Shown: positions 24,441-38,961, counted from the whole stretch's first letter. The stretch is 52,655 bases of DNA, filler included, from Bipalium vagum (GCA_037834085.1; 3 parts of 3 records of this genome joined end to end with filler, not necessarily neighbours in it); one strand, 5' to 3'. The notes: a model not told the origin generated them from the letters alone. Program-made: numbers and translations.

Positions 24441-27319
24441 GTCGAATTTTCATAATTTCTGCCCGTTTATTGATTTTAATTATTTTTAAGTAATCAGCTC
24501 ATTTAAAAAAATTAATAAAAAGTAATTAATATCTTTTGTCCTAACCAATTCCAGAAGATTTTACAATTTCAAATTGTCTAAATCTATTTAATCTTGTAGA
24601 AGAAAAAATGATTTTTACTAATAAATTGTTAATAAAGGAAAACTTTTTTGAATTATCCTTGAAATTTTGATTAATGTAGACAAACAAGATTTGAAACTTT
24701 ATTGGCCATGCAAAATAATTTTACCATATTATTTTGTGCATCAAAATTAAAGAAATAAAACTTCTAATTATAAACATTCAAACAAATTTAATCAATTTCA
24801 TGGTTTCATTTTTTGTTTTAAATTACCTTATTAAATGTGTATATCCAATGATACAGTTCGTTAATTCCGTGAATTTTTATTAATAAGATATTTTTAGTTT
24901 GACCCAAATGGTGTAAATATTATAATTATGAATTTTTTAAGATTCATTTTGAAATTCAAGCAGATCTGCGAGATCACTTCCATTAATGAAAACTATTAAA
25001 AACTGTGATAATTTTTGTAAATAGTAAAATACTTCGATAATTTATATTTTAATAAATTAAATATTGAGTTGATTTTTACAAAAATGTTTTTTATTTATTC
25101 TTATTGCCCTTATAAGTACATTTTTCTATGTTATGTTTAAAATATATTTATAAAACATGACTAAGGAAGAAATATTATATTCATCAGACAGAAATATTCT
25201 TTGACTATGGGTTGTTAATGAGCAAATATGCATAAAACCGCATCTACGGATAGTTCAATAATTAAAAATATTTTATCAGTCTTCATATAATCATAAAAAT
25301 AGAAAAATAAAACTATATTATTGTCATCGTAGAAATAAAGACATATTTCAACAGAGTTTCTTAATAATATAGAGTTTTTGCATAATTAGAACATTATTTA
25401 TGACAATTTATTTATTTTTAAAAATAATCTTGATTGAATATATCACAAATTTTATTCACAGCAAATGGAATTTTATTTATTTTGAAATTAAAACAAAATT
25501 AAGATTTATTAATAAAGGATTTTAATTAAAAGAGATTCAACTCTAACTCAAACGAAGGAAAGAAAATTTTAAACGATTTGATTTTTTAAAGAAAAACACT
25601 ATTTTTTCATATCCTGACCCTTGATACATTTTGCTACCCTTAGAATGGCTCAATAAGTAGTGTATGAATTATTTTACTTCACTAATAATTAATAATAATT
25701 AAGTTGGGTTATGATGCTATATAATATCTAATCACATTTCAAAGTTTTAAAAATATAGTTGAAGATATTTCCACAGAAGAATAAACATTCTTCTCTATTA
25801 ATATTTGCTTAGTAAAATTAATTTTTCTTAGTTTTTTTTAAACAAAAGTTTAAAAAAATTAATAATAAAAAAATATTGATTATTAAAGTGTCATTAAGTT
25901 TTGATTTTAAAAATAATATATTATTGACCAATTTTTTTAAAAAATAATAATTTATTTTATCAAAATTATTAAATTCAACTTTGTTTTTTCAACATTTTTT
26001 ATATTTATTAATGATTTTTAATTCTTTTATTAAATAAATTTTTATTATTTTTATGCTTTTTATGACTCTGATGAAGATAAAATCTTAATGTTCAGTGAAA
26101 AAACCAATTTCGTTAATGAATTTGTTATTACCTTATATTAACAGATTTCTTCACTTTATTTAATGTATTAAAGAAATTTTTTATTGAAAATATTTAAAAT
26201 TACAATATTATCATTTTATATTCACATATTATTTATTAAAATATTGATAAGAATATTCGATAACTTACGATATTTGATTTTTTCAGTTCCTGAATTTTGT
26301 GTTTTAAAAAGAATAATTAAATAACCTATCTCAGTTGAACAAAATTATATCTTATATTTTTATCTAGTAGAATAATAATAATAGAATTTTATTTTAATAA
26401 AATAAATAATTTTTCACAAATTAAAACTTTATCCAATTATTAAGTTATTTATCAAATTTATATTTTATTTATTTTTATTTTTCAAAAGTTGTTTGAAATT
26501 AGATGGACACTTAACGACTATTTCAACACATTATAAAGGTTATTCTTATACTGGATTTGCTTGTTTGTTTACCATTAACAAAATAATAATATAAATCTTA
26601 ACTTTCTGAGGAATTATTTTACTGATTTGTACTTCAAATGATATTAGTTAAATCAGTCATTTTTAAGGGGAACTTTAATCTACTTTAAGAAAAAAAATAC
26701 TCTAAGGTTTAACAGACGTAGCGCTTTACATAAGAAAAAAGATTTTCATCTAAATCTCTCTGGTATAGGTTTTCCTTTTCAGTTATCCGGTATTAAAAAA
26801 GAGAAATTTATAGTCGTAATCAGGTTAATCCTGAGGGTTAATAAATGAGAAATATTACAATGATGCAAATACATTTTCGGTTGTAAACTGATAAGACATC
26901 CACAAATATATGATTAGGTTGGCATATTATAAGTTGAAAAATTATTAAGTTCATATACATCGGGCCAGGGATTTTTCGAACGACCCAGTGAGTAAAGTCG
27001 TTCTTAATAATTTATTGCAAAACATGTAACATCATTGGAAACTTGGAAATGTAATGAAAACTAACTATTAATTTTTAATAAATATTTTATATTATTATAT
27101 ATAAATATTATATATATAAATATTATATTTATATATTTATATAATATATATTAAATATTATTATGAAGCATTTATTAATTTTACCTAAATTTAAAATATT
27201 TATAATATATTTGGACGAAACATCGGTTATGTCGTTTTTTAATAATTCATAATCAATTTAAAAAATATACATATATCAAAACCATTTGTTTTTTTATTCT
27301 ATTTCTATTATTCTTTTTT

Positions 27320-28140
27320 TTATTCTATCACATACGACACTTTATGATTTACAAATTTCATCATGGTAAAACGGCATCAGATGTTGCAATATTAATAAGC
27401 CAAATATATCCGAATGATATTGATGTCAGAAATTGTCAGAAATGGTTTGCTCGGTTAAAATTCGGAAATTTTTATTTGGTAGACACTCCTAGATCGAATA
27501 GGTCGCCCGTTGGAGATACAAAAATCATACGTGCTTCAATTGAAAAAAAATCCGTGTCAAACACTGAATTATGAATCAATATGGAAACAATTCACTGACA
27601 TTTTATGATGGGTAAGAAAGCATGATAGGAATATGGTCTTCCTGACAAACTTAGGGATGTCCAAAACAAGAAATGTTTCATGATTATGCAAAATGCTCAT
27701 TTCCGAACAAAAAAATGAAGTCTTCCTGAATCGTATGATAACTGGTCAAAGGAAATAGTTATATACGACAACTATAGTTGTAAAAGCCAATTGCTTTCAT
27801 CTTGCAAATACCTAAAATCACTGCAAAACCAAATATTCATGGAAAAAAAGTTAGTGTTAAGTGTTTTTTGATTTACTAGTAGTAAAATGTATTTCGATCT
27901 TCTGCAACCAAATGAAATCACGTATTTGTATTGTGATCAGTTGAAGAAAGATGGAAATAAAAAATGGTCAACTTTGTCAAACAGAAATAGCCTTATTATT
28001 CATTAGGATAACTCGTGACCGCGCACTACAAAGAAGATTGTCCAAAAGATTACTAACTTTGGCTGGGAACTTTTATCTGATTCTCATTATAGGCCGGATA
28101 TTGCATCCTCTGACTACCATTTGTCTTCGGTAATTTCGGT
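27320..28140 (+). mobile_element. mariner transposase relic
   Basis: Reads IRHFMIYKFHHGKTASD..CQKWFARLKFGNFYLVDTPRS, FLNRMITG, KPNIHGKK and YRPDIASSDYHL. Confidence 0.9.
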
Positions 28141-29519
28141 AACATTTCTTGGGGCAGAAAAAGTGCTTCTAATGAATCTGCCATTTACAACTTTCTTTTG
28201 AACATTCTTTAATCATTGGGTTTTTCAAATTACTGACTTTTTAAAAAGTCTATTATTAATAAAGTTTTAATAAAAGCCACACTATTTATTTATTTTCAAA
28301 CATCTTTAAGATTCAGAATGTTTAATCCTTATGATAGGTAATCTTATCTTATATCTACTTAATAATAGGGTATTTCGTGTTAAAAATAGAATCTTAAATG
28401 ATTCTCAACCAGAGATATAACGATAACTTGGTCAATTTTAAAAAAATATCTTATTGATTAACTTCTTTATTTTCATTATTTTTATTACACTTTCTTATTT
28501 TAATCTTTGCTGGAAACATAACTCGTTAATTAAGTTCTTCCATTGAAGTTTTTTAAAATTAATTAATGTTAATAAATAAATAATTATTAAATGTCTCGAT
28601 GGTCACAGATGATATATTACCAGAAATAAAATAGATAGGTGAAATCCAATATTTTTTTTGTTTTACATAGATAATATTTAATATATTTAAAAACCCATGC
28701 CTTGTACCTGATTAATTTTAAATAGCATATTTGCTGCTTTTTCAAAATATACATTTGTTTAAAATTTTCTAAATTTCTTTTAATTAATATAATAAGTTTA
28801 ATTTATTTTTAGAACATTTTATCGATTTTAATTAAAATAATTTTTGTAAATATCGGACGTTGCTAATTTATTATTAAACAAAATTATTTGAATTTTTTTC
28901 TGTTTTCACTAGAATGTTCATTTAAAATTAATAGAATAAAAAGATTGTATAATCAAAACTAGAAGTCTGCGAATTGTGGTTTTAATAATAATATTTTGTT
29001 TAACTTTTTGATGTACTATTTTGTAAGACTCTCACTAAGTACTAACTGAACCAAACTCAGAATTTTATCATTAAAGACTGTATCGAAAAGTATGGAAATA
29101 CCCCTAAAATATAATCTTTTAACCTCAATACTATGTTAACTTAACACTGAAACATAGGTTATTATTTTGATTTCTTTGCTACTTTTCTGATCTTTCGTCG
29201 AAGAGTATTCGTTAAGTTCTGGACAACTGTATTATCGATCATTTAGGTTTCTCTAATCCAGTCTAAGCTAGAGAAACAATGCATTTTTTTCATTAATTAA
29301 CTGATGGTAGGATATAAATTAACGTAGCTTGAACCTCTATGTCGGTTATATTTCCTTATTGTATTGGAGACTATTTTAGGCTAACATCTTCGAGTTTTGC
29401 AATTGCTCTCCTAGATATTCCATTTTCATTACACCAAATGTCCATAATTATTTTTCTCTGGTCAGGATTAAATTCTCGATTTAAATGAATAATAAAGCTT
29501 TATAATTATAGAATTTAGG

Positions 29520-30115
29520 AGGAGGCTCGACTTGCTTTAAGTAATATGCGTTTTTAGTGCGTTTTTTATATATAAATTTAAAAGCAATTTTTAAATATAT
29601 TATTTTTTTAAATATTAACAAGTTGCACACCATTTGAAAGCTGAGAAAGAGACGCGTAAGACAATTTTAATTATATTACGTTATATGTAGTTTTTGTATA
29701 TATATTTATTCATACAAAAGGCATGGATAAATTAGCAATCCGAATACTTCTGAAACATTACTGGAAGCAGAATTTCAGACCTATAGATGCTGCAAAGAAA
29801 ATATGTGAAATTGAAGGCGACAAATCAGTGTCCATAAGAATTACTCAAAAGTGGTTCAAAAAATTCAACAAGGGTGACATGGACCTCAATGATTATCCTC
29901 CCAGTGAACGTCTCATCATTTTAGATTCGGAAGTTATTCTCAAAGCCGTAGAAATGAATCCATCAAATAGTTCGCGTAGATTGTCGACTGAGACCGCAAC
30001 AGCACAACCATTCGTGGTTAGTCATCTACATCAGCATAACAAGCGATACAAACGCGTTTCTGAAGTACCGCATGATTTGACGCCAAGTCAAGCTCTGGAG
30101 ACTAATTTAATGTAG
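29520..30115 (+). mobile_element. mariner 5' fragment (HTH region)
   Basis: ORF 29723-30115 reads MDKLAIRILLKHYWKQ..AAKKICEIEG..TQKWFKKF..EVPHDLT and is truncated before the catalytic domain. Confidence 0.85.
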
Positions 30116-33059
30116 AGACTAAAAGAAATTTATTTATTTAATTTTTTTTATATATTTTAATACAGTCTTTAATATAATTGTTTAACTGATTTTCATAAAA
30201 TTAATGTAAAATTATGATTTATGTAATTAAATATTTTATAATTATAATTTCTAATGTTTATTCAAAAAAAAGTTTTCAAAAATGTTCCGAAAAATTTGTT
30301 TAAAATTGAAAAAGATTAATAAACATCAAACAGATACTGTTTTCATTGTCGTAATAGTACATAAGACTATTATTAAAATTATATTATTTTAATATTTTTA
30401 TATAATATTACTTATATTACCAAAATAAAATATATAAACAATTTCGATTTTCCTAAACCTTTTTTAACATTAAAATAAAAAATTAATTTGTTTTATAAAG
30501 AAAAAATTTTCAATTTATAAGTTAATTTTTAATATTGAAAAATTTATTATAAATATTCATTTTTTTATAAAAAAAATTTAACGTGAGAAAAAGCAGCCTG
30601 ATTTCATTGTTTACATTTGCCTTTCAATATTTAATTTATTTTCTTTTTTTCATTCATCTCAAAAGAAATGAATTCACCAATATCCATGAAAATATTCAGA
30701 AAATCTGAGGGAAAAAATCACTAAACACAAGATGAGAATGAATTTGTTTATCTTATCTTTAAATTAGAAAAGAACATAGATTTATGTTAATTAAACCAAC
30801 AATTATGTACATTTTTCAGATTTAATTGTTATAATTTACTAACAGTTTTAAGTTAATTATAAAACCTTGTTTATGGAGGGTAGAGTTTGATCAGTGATTT
30901 TTATTTTTTTTTAATATCTTAATTAAATAATTCTTCGACATTCCGGATTTTTTTAATTTTTAATTTCTCAGAAAATTAATATTTTCGTTTTTTGTAAGAT
31001 CTATCCTTGAATAAAGAATTTAAAGAAATTTTTTCTCATTAAGGATGTGAGTTTCATTTTATGGATCACATAAATAAATTAATCATGTATTAAATAAATA
31101 ATTATTTTGAAATATAAAAATGTCAATTAAGTGAAAATCTTTTAAAAATAATTAAAATTAATTAATGAATATTTGATGATATGATTGATTTTTTTCTAAA
31201 AATAAAAGAACTCAATTTCTTGTTTTTGTTTGAAGCAGTAATTTTTATGAGATTTTTTAACGATTTTCATTTTTCCTTCATATGATTACTAGGATTTCTC
31301 GATACTTTTTCTGGATTTTTTATTTTTATTGATTTTAAATTTATTGCTCTAAATCTAAAAGTTCAAGAAAATTTGATATCAAGCCTTCATATGCTACCCC
31401 TAAATTGCACTTCAATATTCTTAGATTCTTTAGAAATTAAAAGAAACGTTCTTTAATTAATTTTTATTGTTCCATTCTGTATTTATCTAACATTTGTGAA
31501 AGAAGTTGAAGATTTAAAATTTATTATTAAAAAGAATTTTAAACCTTTTTAAATATATAATTTTGATCCCCAATAAAAAAATTAAAACAATTGTTTTTTC
31601 CATGTTTTTTATGCTAAAGATTTTAATACAAATTACAGATTAAATTTGTGATATTAATTAATTAATATTTTTTTCTTATTTTTTAATAAAATTTTTAATT
31701 TCTATGTAAAATCAATAAAATATATTAATTCGATTTGTGACAAGTTAATACTAAAAATCTTTTATTTTGTTATATGAACCTTATCTGTTAACAAATTTTA
31801 TCTTATATTTTTAAAGATTTTCATTTACCCCCGTTAAAGAATATTTATTTTACTTATTTTTTAATAAAAATTAATAATTACTATTTATGGTTTGATTTAA
31901 ATTAATTGAATCACTTTTAAAAATAAAATATGAAATATTTTTTAATAGCAACTTTTTAGTTTTGGACATTAAATTGTCAATAGAAAAATTCACTTGTTGC
32001 GCTAAAAAATTGTTCTTTTAAAATGTTATTATCAACTTTATTGAATTATTAATTATTAATATTAGAAATAAAATATTTTTGAAAATAATTAACAATGAAA
32101 TCATGATTCTGATTCTGAAAACTAGCAATTAAGAAATAATTGTACAAAGTGAAATAAACTCAAGTCTCAAGTAATCTAATTTTTTATTAATTAACAAATT
32201 TTTTAGAAATAATTTTAATTAGTAAATATCATTAATGATGGAGACAAAAAATTATTTTGAAAAAAAATATTGAAAAATTGAATATTGAAGACATCTAATT
32301 GCACAAAAATGCAATGGGAAATTCTACGGACACAATTAAATTATAATTAATTTTTAAAAAATTAATTTTTAGATTAATTTATGTCAGTATTTTAAAAATT
32401 GAGAAGTATATATGTAATCAAAACTAAATTTTTAAAAGACATTTAATTAATAATTTATTTAATTATTAATTTTAAATATTAATTATTGGATTTTTTTATT
32501 CTTACAATATATCAATAATTGATTACAATTATTGTAATATATTCTGAATATTTCAATATTTAAAATTTTCAAAAATTAAATAATTATATATTTTAAAAAT
32601 TTTTTTTAATAATATTTTTTGAACAAAATTAAAGTTTAATTTTTATGTTTTGAATTATTTTCTAGTTTTAGATCATTACAAATCTTGTATGTTTTAGAAT
32701 TGCTTACCAAAAAAATTTCTTCTCAAATGATAAATTGTTTTACTTTAAACAAATGAAATTCGCCCTTAGTATATTTACTGAACTTAATTTCTTCATTATT
32801 AAATTTACATAATCAAAGAAAAATTCCCTGTTTCACACTTAATTCATGAAAAGCTTTAAAATTAATTTATATGGCTTAATTTAGTTTTTATTCATTTTTC
32901 AAAGTTAATTATTGAAAAAATTGTTTGCTAATTTTAAGAAGTTATTTTCAATTTAATTTTTAAAATATAAATGGTATTCAATTTTTATTAATTAATTAAG
33001 TTTTTTATTTGTAAAATTATTATTGAAACTTTTTAAACTTAACGACTTGTGGCATATCT

Positions 33060-33602
33060 AAATGAAGCGTTGTATGAATTGAAAAGGTATAATGAGTATA
33101 TAATGAAGATGTGGATAAATATTTCTTTCTCGGGTAGAAAACCCTTGCTTATTATGGATTGTTTTTGTAGTCATAAAAAAGAAATGTTCTGCCAGAGTTG
33201 GGAAAGTTAAATTGTGAAGTTTTATTTACTCTACCAAAAACAACTTGCTTTCTACAACTCTTGAATGCAAGTAACAATGCATCTTTTAGAATTTGGTTGG
33301 ACCAGGTGGAAGGCTGATGGGACAAAAGGATTCACTCCCAAAAGATACCGCAAAGATAATAACTGATTTGATATAATGGAAATAGAGTCATAAATCAGTT
33401 CCACTTTTAATTGAATGAATATATTTAATTGCGTTGTTAATATTCTTAATAGTTATATTTTTTATGTATATTATTATTAGTTCTTTTCTGATTATTACCC
33501 CATGGGCTAGACATTGTAGGGCTTATTTTAGGGAAATTTTAAATACATTAATAGTCGCTTTCCTATTATAGGCCGTGGGCTTCTTTTTGAAAATCCTGGT
33601 AT
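33060..33602 (+). mobile_element. pogo-like (DDE_1) relic
   Basis: Reads KPLLIMDCFCSH..CEVLFTLPKTTCFLQLLNASNNASF; repeated GGGCTT(A/C)TTTT subterminal motifs near the right end. Confidence 0.65.
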
Positions 33603-33667
33603 ATTACATTATCAGGTACTGAAAAATTAAAAGATAATAAATTTAATAGTAAATTTAATTTTTTAAG

Positions 33668-33727
33668 TGTTCATTTTAATATTGTTCATTTTAATATTGT
33701 TCATTTTAATATTGTTCATTTTAATAT
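33668..33727. repeat. 15-bp tandem repeat (TGTTCATTTTAATAT)x4
   Basis: Four perfect copies. Confidence 0.95.
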
Positions 33728-34179
33728 TAATAATATATTATATTAACTTTCAAAAAATATATCAGTTGAAATATTATATTTTATTCATTTCGCACAATGA
33801 TAAAAATTAAAGAAAGATAATTTATATTTATTCAAAATATATGTTTAAAGTATCAAATTTTTAATTTTTTGTTCAAAAAAGAAATGATTTTGAAAATATA
33901 TTTCCATTAACATTTCAGTACATCATTTAATAAAAGATGAATTAATAGTTAAGTCATTTTATTAATTATGAAGGGAGAATTTCTCTTTTACAAATCAATG
34001 AACTGTTTTAATAAGGAAATTCAAAGTAGATGAAGCTAAAATCAATTGAATCAAAAATTACAAAAATGTATTTTTTCTAAAATTGTCTTTAATAAGTCTA
34101 ATATTTATTTATTAAATTTTTATAGAAATAACTCAATACCGTTTAAATTTTCATGATTTCTTAAAAAAATAGTGCTTAC

Positions 34180-34430
34180 GTATCTTGAGGATCACAACAA
34201 TATTGATCTCCAATATTACCACAACAGTGATATAAGGATTTGCTTTGTCCTGGCTCCGGACAATAAAATTTCCCTTTAATAGTTTTATTAACAAGAAGAA
34301 CTTGATTGACACATATCATTAGATCCAAGCCTTCTGAAGACTGTCTAGCTCTGTTACACTTAATGTCACAAAAAAGATAAAATAAAACAAGAAATCCGTA
34401 ATTCAAAATTTTCCAAAATACAGATAGCAT
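34180..34430 (-). CDS. Shisa-like protein exon 1 (signal peptide + six-Cys ectodomain)
   Basis: Hydrophobic leader MLSVFWKILNYGFLVLFYLFCDIKC, then IC..FYCPEPGQSKSLYHCCGNIGDQYCCD (C-C-CC-CC pattern). Strong phase-2 donor AC|GTAAGC at 34179. Confidence 0.8.
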
Positions 34431-35389
34431 TTTCTCAATTGATTTTTGTCAGAAGAATAATGAAGATTTTAGTTTAAAAATCAAAGATAATCTCGTGATA
34501 TTAAGAAAATGAATTGTTTGAATGTATTATATATGTGGCCAATAATATGGATTTAATATTAACCTATGAAAATTAATTTAAAATTTAAATACTAATTAAA
34601 ACAATATTTTAAAAACTGCTTAATAAAGGCTAAGGGAGAGCTGATTTCTAAATCTTTAACATCACTCAGAATTTTGATTTTCTGGGGACCTCATCATTTA
34701 TTTCACTAATCTGTAACTTCTAAGAGGAAGTACATTTTACTTTCTTAAATATAGATGAAATTTGATTGTCTTTATTATGAAAACAGATTTATTTAACCAT
34801 TCTCAATAATCTTAATCTTGTGAACAATATAAAGTTATTTTTCGAATATACGCCTTTTATTAAATGAATACAAAATTTATTTAAATATATATTTTCATGA
34901 AACATGTTTCAAAGTTTTTTTTCAGTTCTTCATCAGTCAATGTTTTTGATATTTATATTTTAAATCGCTAAATAATGGTATCTAAAAATTAAAAATTATT
35001 TTTCTTGATTATTATTGGAAAAATAATAATTCTTATTCTTATTATTATTATTATTAATTATTATTCTCAATAATAATTAACTACAAAAATTTATTTTCAG
35101 GATAATGTTTGAAAACTGTTGAAAAAAATTTTACTCTTGTTCATATGATGTCCCAAGATATCAATAGCTGTTATGCTAATTTTAGTTGATGTATATCAGT
35201 AACTTCAACTTTAAATGACAATTTTTAAATAATTTTTAACAATAATTTTTCTTGCACAATTCAAGCTGAATTTACTAAATATTTAGTAATTAGAAGAATA
35301 TTAAACTTTCACTTTGGCTAGATTGGTCCATTAGTTGAATAAATATTTTCTAAATATAGTTTTTCATCAATATGTTAGGAAATTTGAAT

Positions 35390-36290
35390 AAGTAACAGAA
35401 TGACAGAAATAAGGGAAAGGTGTGGCCGACGCTTACAAAGATATAGATAAATCCTTCAGGTGGGTATGAAATAATCTTGGAGGGCATGAGAATTCCATCT
35501 GATATTTCAGAAGTATTTTAAGGAAAAAGAAGAAGTATGCGCCGTAATAAAATTTTGTTGGAATAAAGCGGTTAATTATCAGAGAAACAAGATAAAGGAA
35601 CTAATCTTGAAGGTATAAAAACCTATTTGGCTTTAAATGTTTTAAAAGAAATCATAAGATGTGATTTAAAGATCCGTGAGACCACCCAGGTCTAAAAAAT
35701 TAGTTTGAAAATCATGGAAAAATGCGATATGAAGTGACGAAAAAAAATTATCAGATAATTTTGTGTACTATTAGTACGATTTAAGAAAAAAAGAGTTGGA
35801 TCAACAGCAGAAGCATATCGGAGGTGGCTCTGTAATCATCTGAGTATGTTTTAATTTTTATGAAGAGTGAAGTTTTAGCGTTTGTTTCTGGAAAGAAAAC
35901 CAATAAGAGTATCAGAGACATTTATCTCTTGATCATCTTCTTCCTTTCCTGGATGAACACGGGTGTGATAATACTATTTTTCAAAAAGATATCTGTCGAT
36001 TTTAAATGACTAGATCCACTTTGCACTGGGCTCAAGAAAGAATCATTAAACATATGCTCTAACCCTCATATTCACCGGATATAAATTAAATAGAGAAAAT
36101 ATAGTGAGTGGTTTTTTTCTAAAGTATATGAAGACGGAAGACAATCCCAACCCATTAAAGACCTGAAATCTGATATTATCCGTTCTTGAGAGGATATGAG
36201 AAAGAGAAAATTTGAAAAACTGATGAATTCTATGCCACAGGAAACTTCTCAAATTAATAATATTCACAGATGTATCATTAAATATCAGCA
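35390..36290 (+). mobile_element. Tc1/Tc3-like transposase relic
   Basis: Reads PSYSPDIN*IEKI..KVYEDGRQSQPIKDLKSDIIRS*EDM..LMNSMPQ at ~36060-36240. Confidence 0.75.
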
Positions 36291-36638
36291 ATTCATTTTA
36301 TTAAATTTTTCTCACGTTCGGTGTTAAAAATTGAAGGATCAATAATTATTGTTCTCTTAATTTAACTCATTTTATTTCATTCGTAATTAAATTTTAAATA
36401 TAAAGTCCACTTGCTTATATAACTTATAAAATTTTAATTAGTCAAAAAATTTAGTTACACTACCTTCCATAAGTTTAATCGCACCTGAAAGAATTTGATT
36501 CATGTGTTTTTAAAACGTAAAAAATAGATGATATAGACAAATTTACATTAATATTAGGTTATCTAATAAATTCGTGCCGTTTTTAAAATGCAAAATTTTT
36601 ATTTATAACATATGTACATTACATAAAAATCAATCAGT

Positions 36639-36738
36639 NNNNNNNNNNNNNNNNNNNNNNNNNNNNNNNNNNNNNNNNNNNNTTAATTAATTAANNNNNN
36701 NNNNNNNNNNNNNNNNNNNNNNNNNNNNNNNNNNNNNN
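36639..36738. other. Assembly gap with TTAATTAATTAA spacer
   Basis: 44 N + 12 nt + 44 N. Flanked by mariner TIR-like sequences at ~36554 and ~36790-36813 (the latter reverse complement TTAGGTTGGTGCAAAAGTAATGC). Confidence 0.98.
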
Positions 36739-36859
36739 TGAACAGTTATCGTTTAATTTTATGAATAAATTTTGTTTACTTTAAAAATTGCATTACTTTT
36801 GCACCAACCTAATATATGTATCTCTTCTAACACTGAGAATGGTACAAAAAACGATCGTT

Positions 36860-37510
36860 AATTTTTCTTCTATTTTCCGGTTTTATCAATACTTTTTCTC
36901 CAATACTAAAAATTTTATTTGTCTTTTCTGCCGCTGTAGATTGATCATTTCAATAACACTCTTCACGAAATATTTTCTTTCCGAATATAATTTCCGCCGG
37001 GGCTCTACTTGTTGTCTTCTGTATAGTATCATTTATGGTAAATTCGATATCTGGAAGTATTGAGGCCCATATCTTACCTTTTATTGACTTTTGAGATGTC
37101 ATCAGCATCTCTCATATTTTCCAGACTTGCCTCTTTATCATTCTGCTACTGTTATGATGACAAGAACTTGACACACATAAAACCGCATTGACATGGCGTG
37201 CAAGCGTATTCGTTTGTGCTGACAGAAAACTCTGTCCACTCTCGACGTGTATCTCCTTGAGAGTTACAAACATAAAAATCCACTATCCTTTTAAGGCTTT
37301 ACAAATAGTTTGCTCGTCTTGTCCTGCAAGTGGTATAGGTTTTATGTATCGGCAGAAATGATCAATAGTATCTCTTTCCATCTACGGTCACTGCGCAGGG
37401 TCCACACACATCAATAAGTATTTTTTAAATTTCTCTGACGAATGTATCGTCATGGTTTTGGTTCATTTGCATTTTATGAACCGACAGGATAAATCCTTTG
37501 TTTATTTGCC
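36860..37510 (-). mobile_element. Gypsy-type LTR retrotransposon integrase relic
   Basis: Frameshifted reading ILIDVCGP..IDHFCRYIKPIPL..WIFMFVTLKEIHVES..HHNSSRMIKRQ..IWASILPDIEFTINDTIQKTTSRAPAEIIFGK. Confidence 0.75.
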
Positions 37511-37789
37511 AGGATTCACGTTTTACTTTCATTCGGGAAATTTATCTTTGAACTTTCATTATAATTATTTGAATCACATTCATCCTTGTCGTTCAGCATT
37601 GGGTTCAGCATATTGATTGATCTTACTGGATTCTTGTCAAAACTTCCAATCACATCTGGAAAAATTGTATCTTCCACTATAAAACATATTTTTTTGTATT
37701 TTCTCATCCATCTGTATTGTTTGCGTGTCGAAGATGTCTCGTATCAAACTCCACCTATCGATGATTAGAAAGTCATGGAGATCTTTCTT

Positions 37790-38625
37790 ACCTTTCACAA
37801 ACCACAGCACCATACGTCTTTGTTTCTTTATATTGTATTTTAAAGAGCCTTACAATTTCTCAATAAAGGCTGTTTAGGGTTTTAGAAAGGTAACATTATC
37901 AAATTTGAGATATCAATAGTAAAAAATGTCAATAATGACGTCATGCTTCACCCAATTACATCATCAGCTTAGAGTTCCCTGGACAGTTTCTTTGGAAAAC
38001 TGTAGTTGTATTTTGTTAAACATTCATGATGGTATGTAACATTACGTCATAATTGAAATTCAAAGAGTTCCAAAGTACATTTTCAGTGTAAAGTGCCATT
38101 CGATAACGTTCTTGGCATGATAAGCAAGATCATACGCTACTTACTAAAGAACTAGGTGTTCATTTCAAACATGTATATGTAGGAACTTGTCAGTTTTTGT
38201 CATGGAACATGTCAAGATAAGTAAATAACACAATATTATAAATAAAGAATAAAATTAATAATCACTTTTTGCTTTTCGGTATATTGAATCTTTCCCTGTT
38301 CGTGTTACTCAATGGAATTGATGTCTCGGTTGAATATTATAAAGCGCTCAAGTTGTGCTTCAGTAAAGAAGTTTTGATTAAAGGATCAAATGACAACAGT
38401 GATAGAAAATATCAAAGCATTTTAAGACAGCCAACCCGAGATTTCTTCGACGTGTAATGTCTGTAAAGCCAGAAACTGCAAAACTGACAATTGGAATAAG
38501 AGTGACGTTTCTTCAGAAAATACCCGCTTGAGTCAGAGAGAATGTGGAAAACGTGTATTTCCCTCAACACTGCGAGAAGTGGTTACAACTTTCACTTTAT
38601 CTTTTGATTTTATGTCCTTAAAGTA
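37790..38625 (+). pseudogene. Divergent family-A-like pseudogene
   Basis: A 55-nt GT-AG intron (38032-38086) sits in the same ATG|..|TGT (Met|Cys) context as family A. Then CKVPFDNVLGMISKIIRYLLKN*..ELVSF, LSLFVLL and ECGKRVFPS (compare ICGAKTFPS). Many stops. Confidence 0.5.
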
Positions 38626-38961
38626 AAACTGGTTTTTCATTTGTATATGCCTGTCACCGAAGTGTACAATATAAAATCAGAAAACTGATTGAAGTAATAA
38701 TTTCTCCCAAAAAAAGTTCTTCGATTATCGACAAGGATATTTTATAAATAAAATTAAATGCCCAACACCGACAATAGTAATTAGAGCATAAGTCAAACAA
38801 AAACTGTTGAGAGCATCCTTTAGATATAGAACAGTTTCAAAATTATTTACCAACATCATTCCCTAAAAGTCCCCACGTTCTTTAAAGGGAAAAAAGTGCT
38901 TAGATAATTTATTTCAAAACACATTAATGTTTAACAATCACAAAAGTTTTCATTTGATATT

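Noticed and set aside
29040-29500. Possible Tc1 N-terminus on the minus strand (NGISRRAIAKL)
   Set aside because: Single weak HTH-like motif; no catalytic motif or TIR confirmed.
17956-36694. TTAATTAATTAA palindromes inside the N runs
   Set aside because: Artificial scaffold spacer; it also makes linkage across the gaps uncertain.
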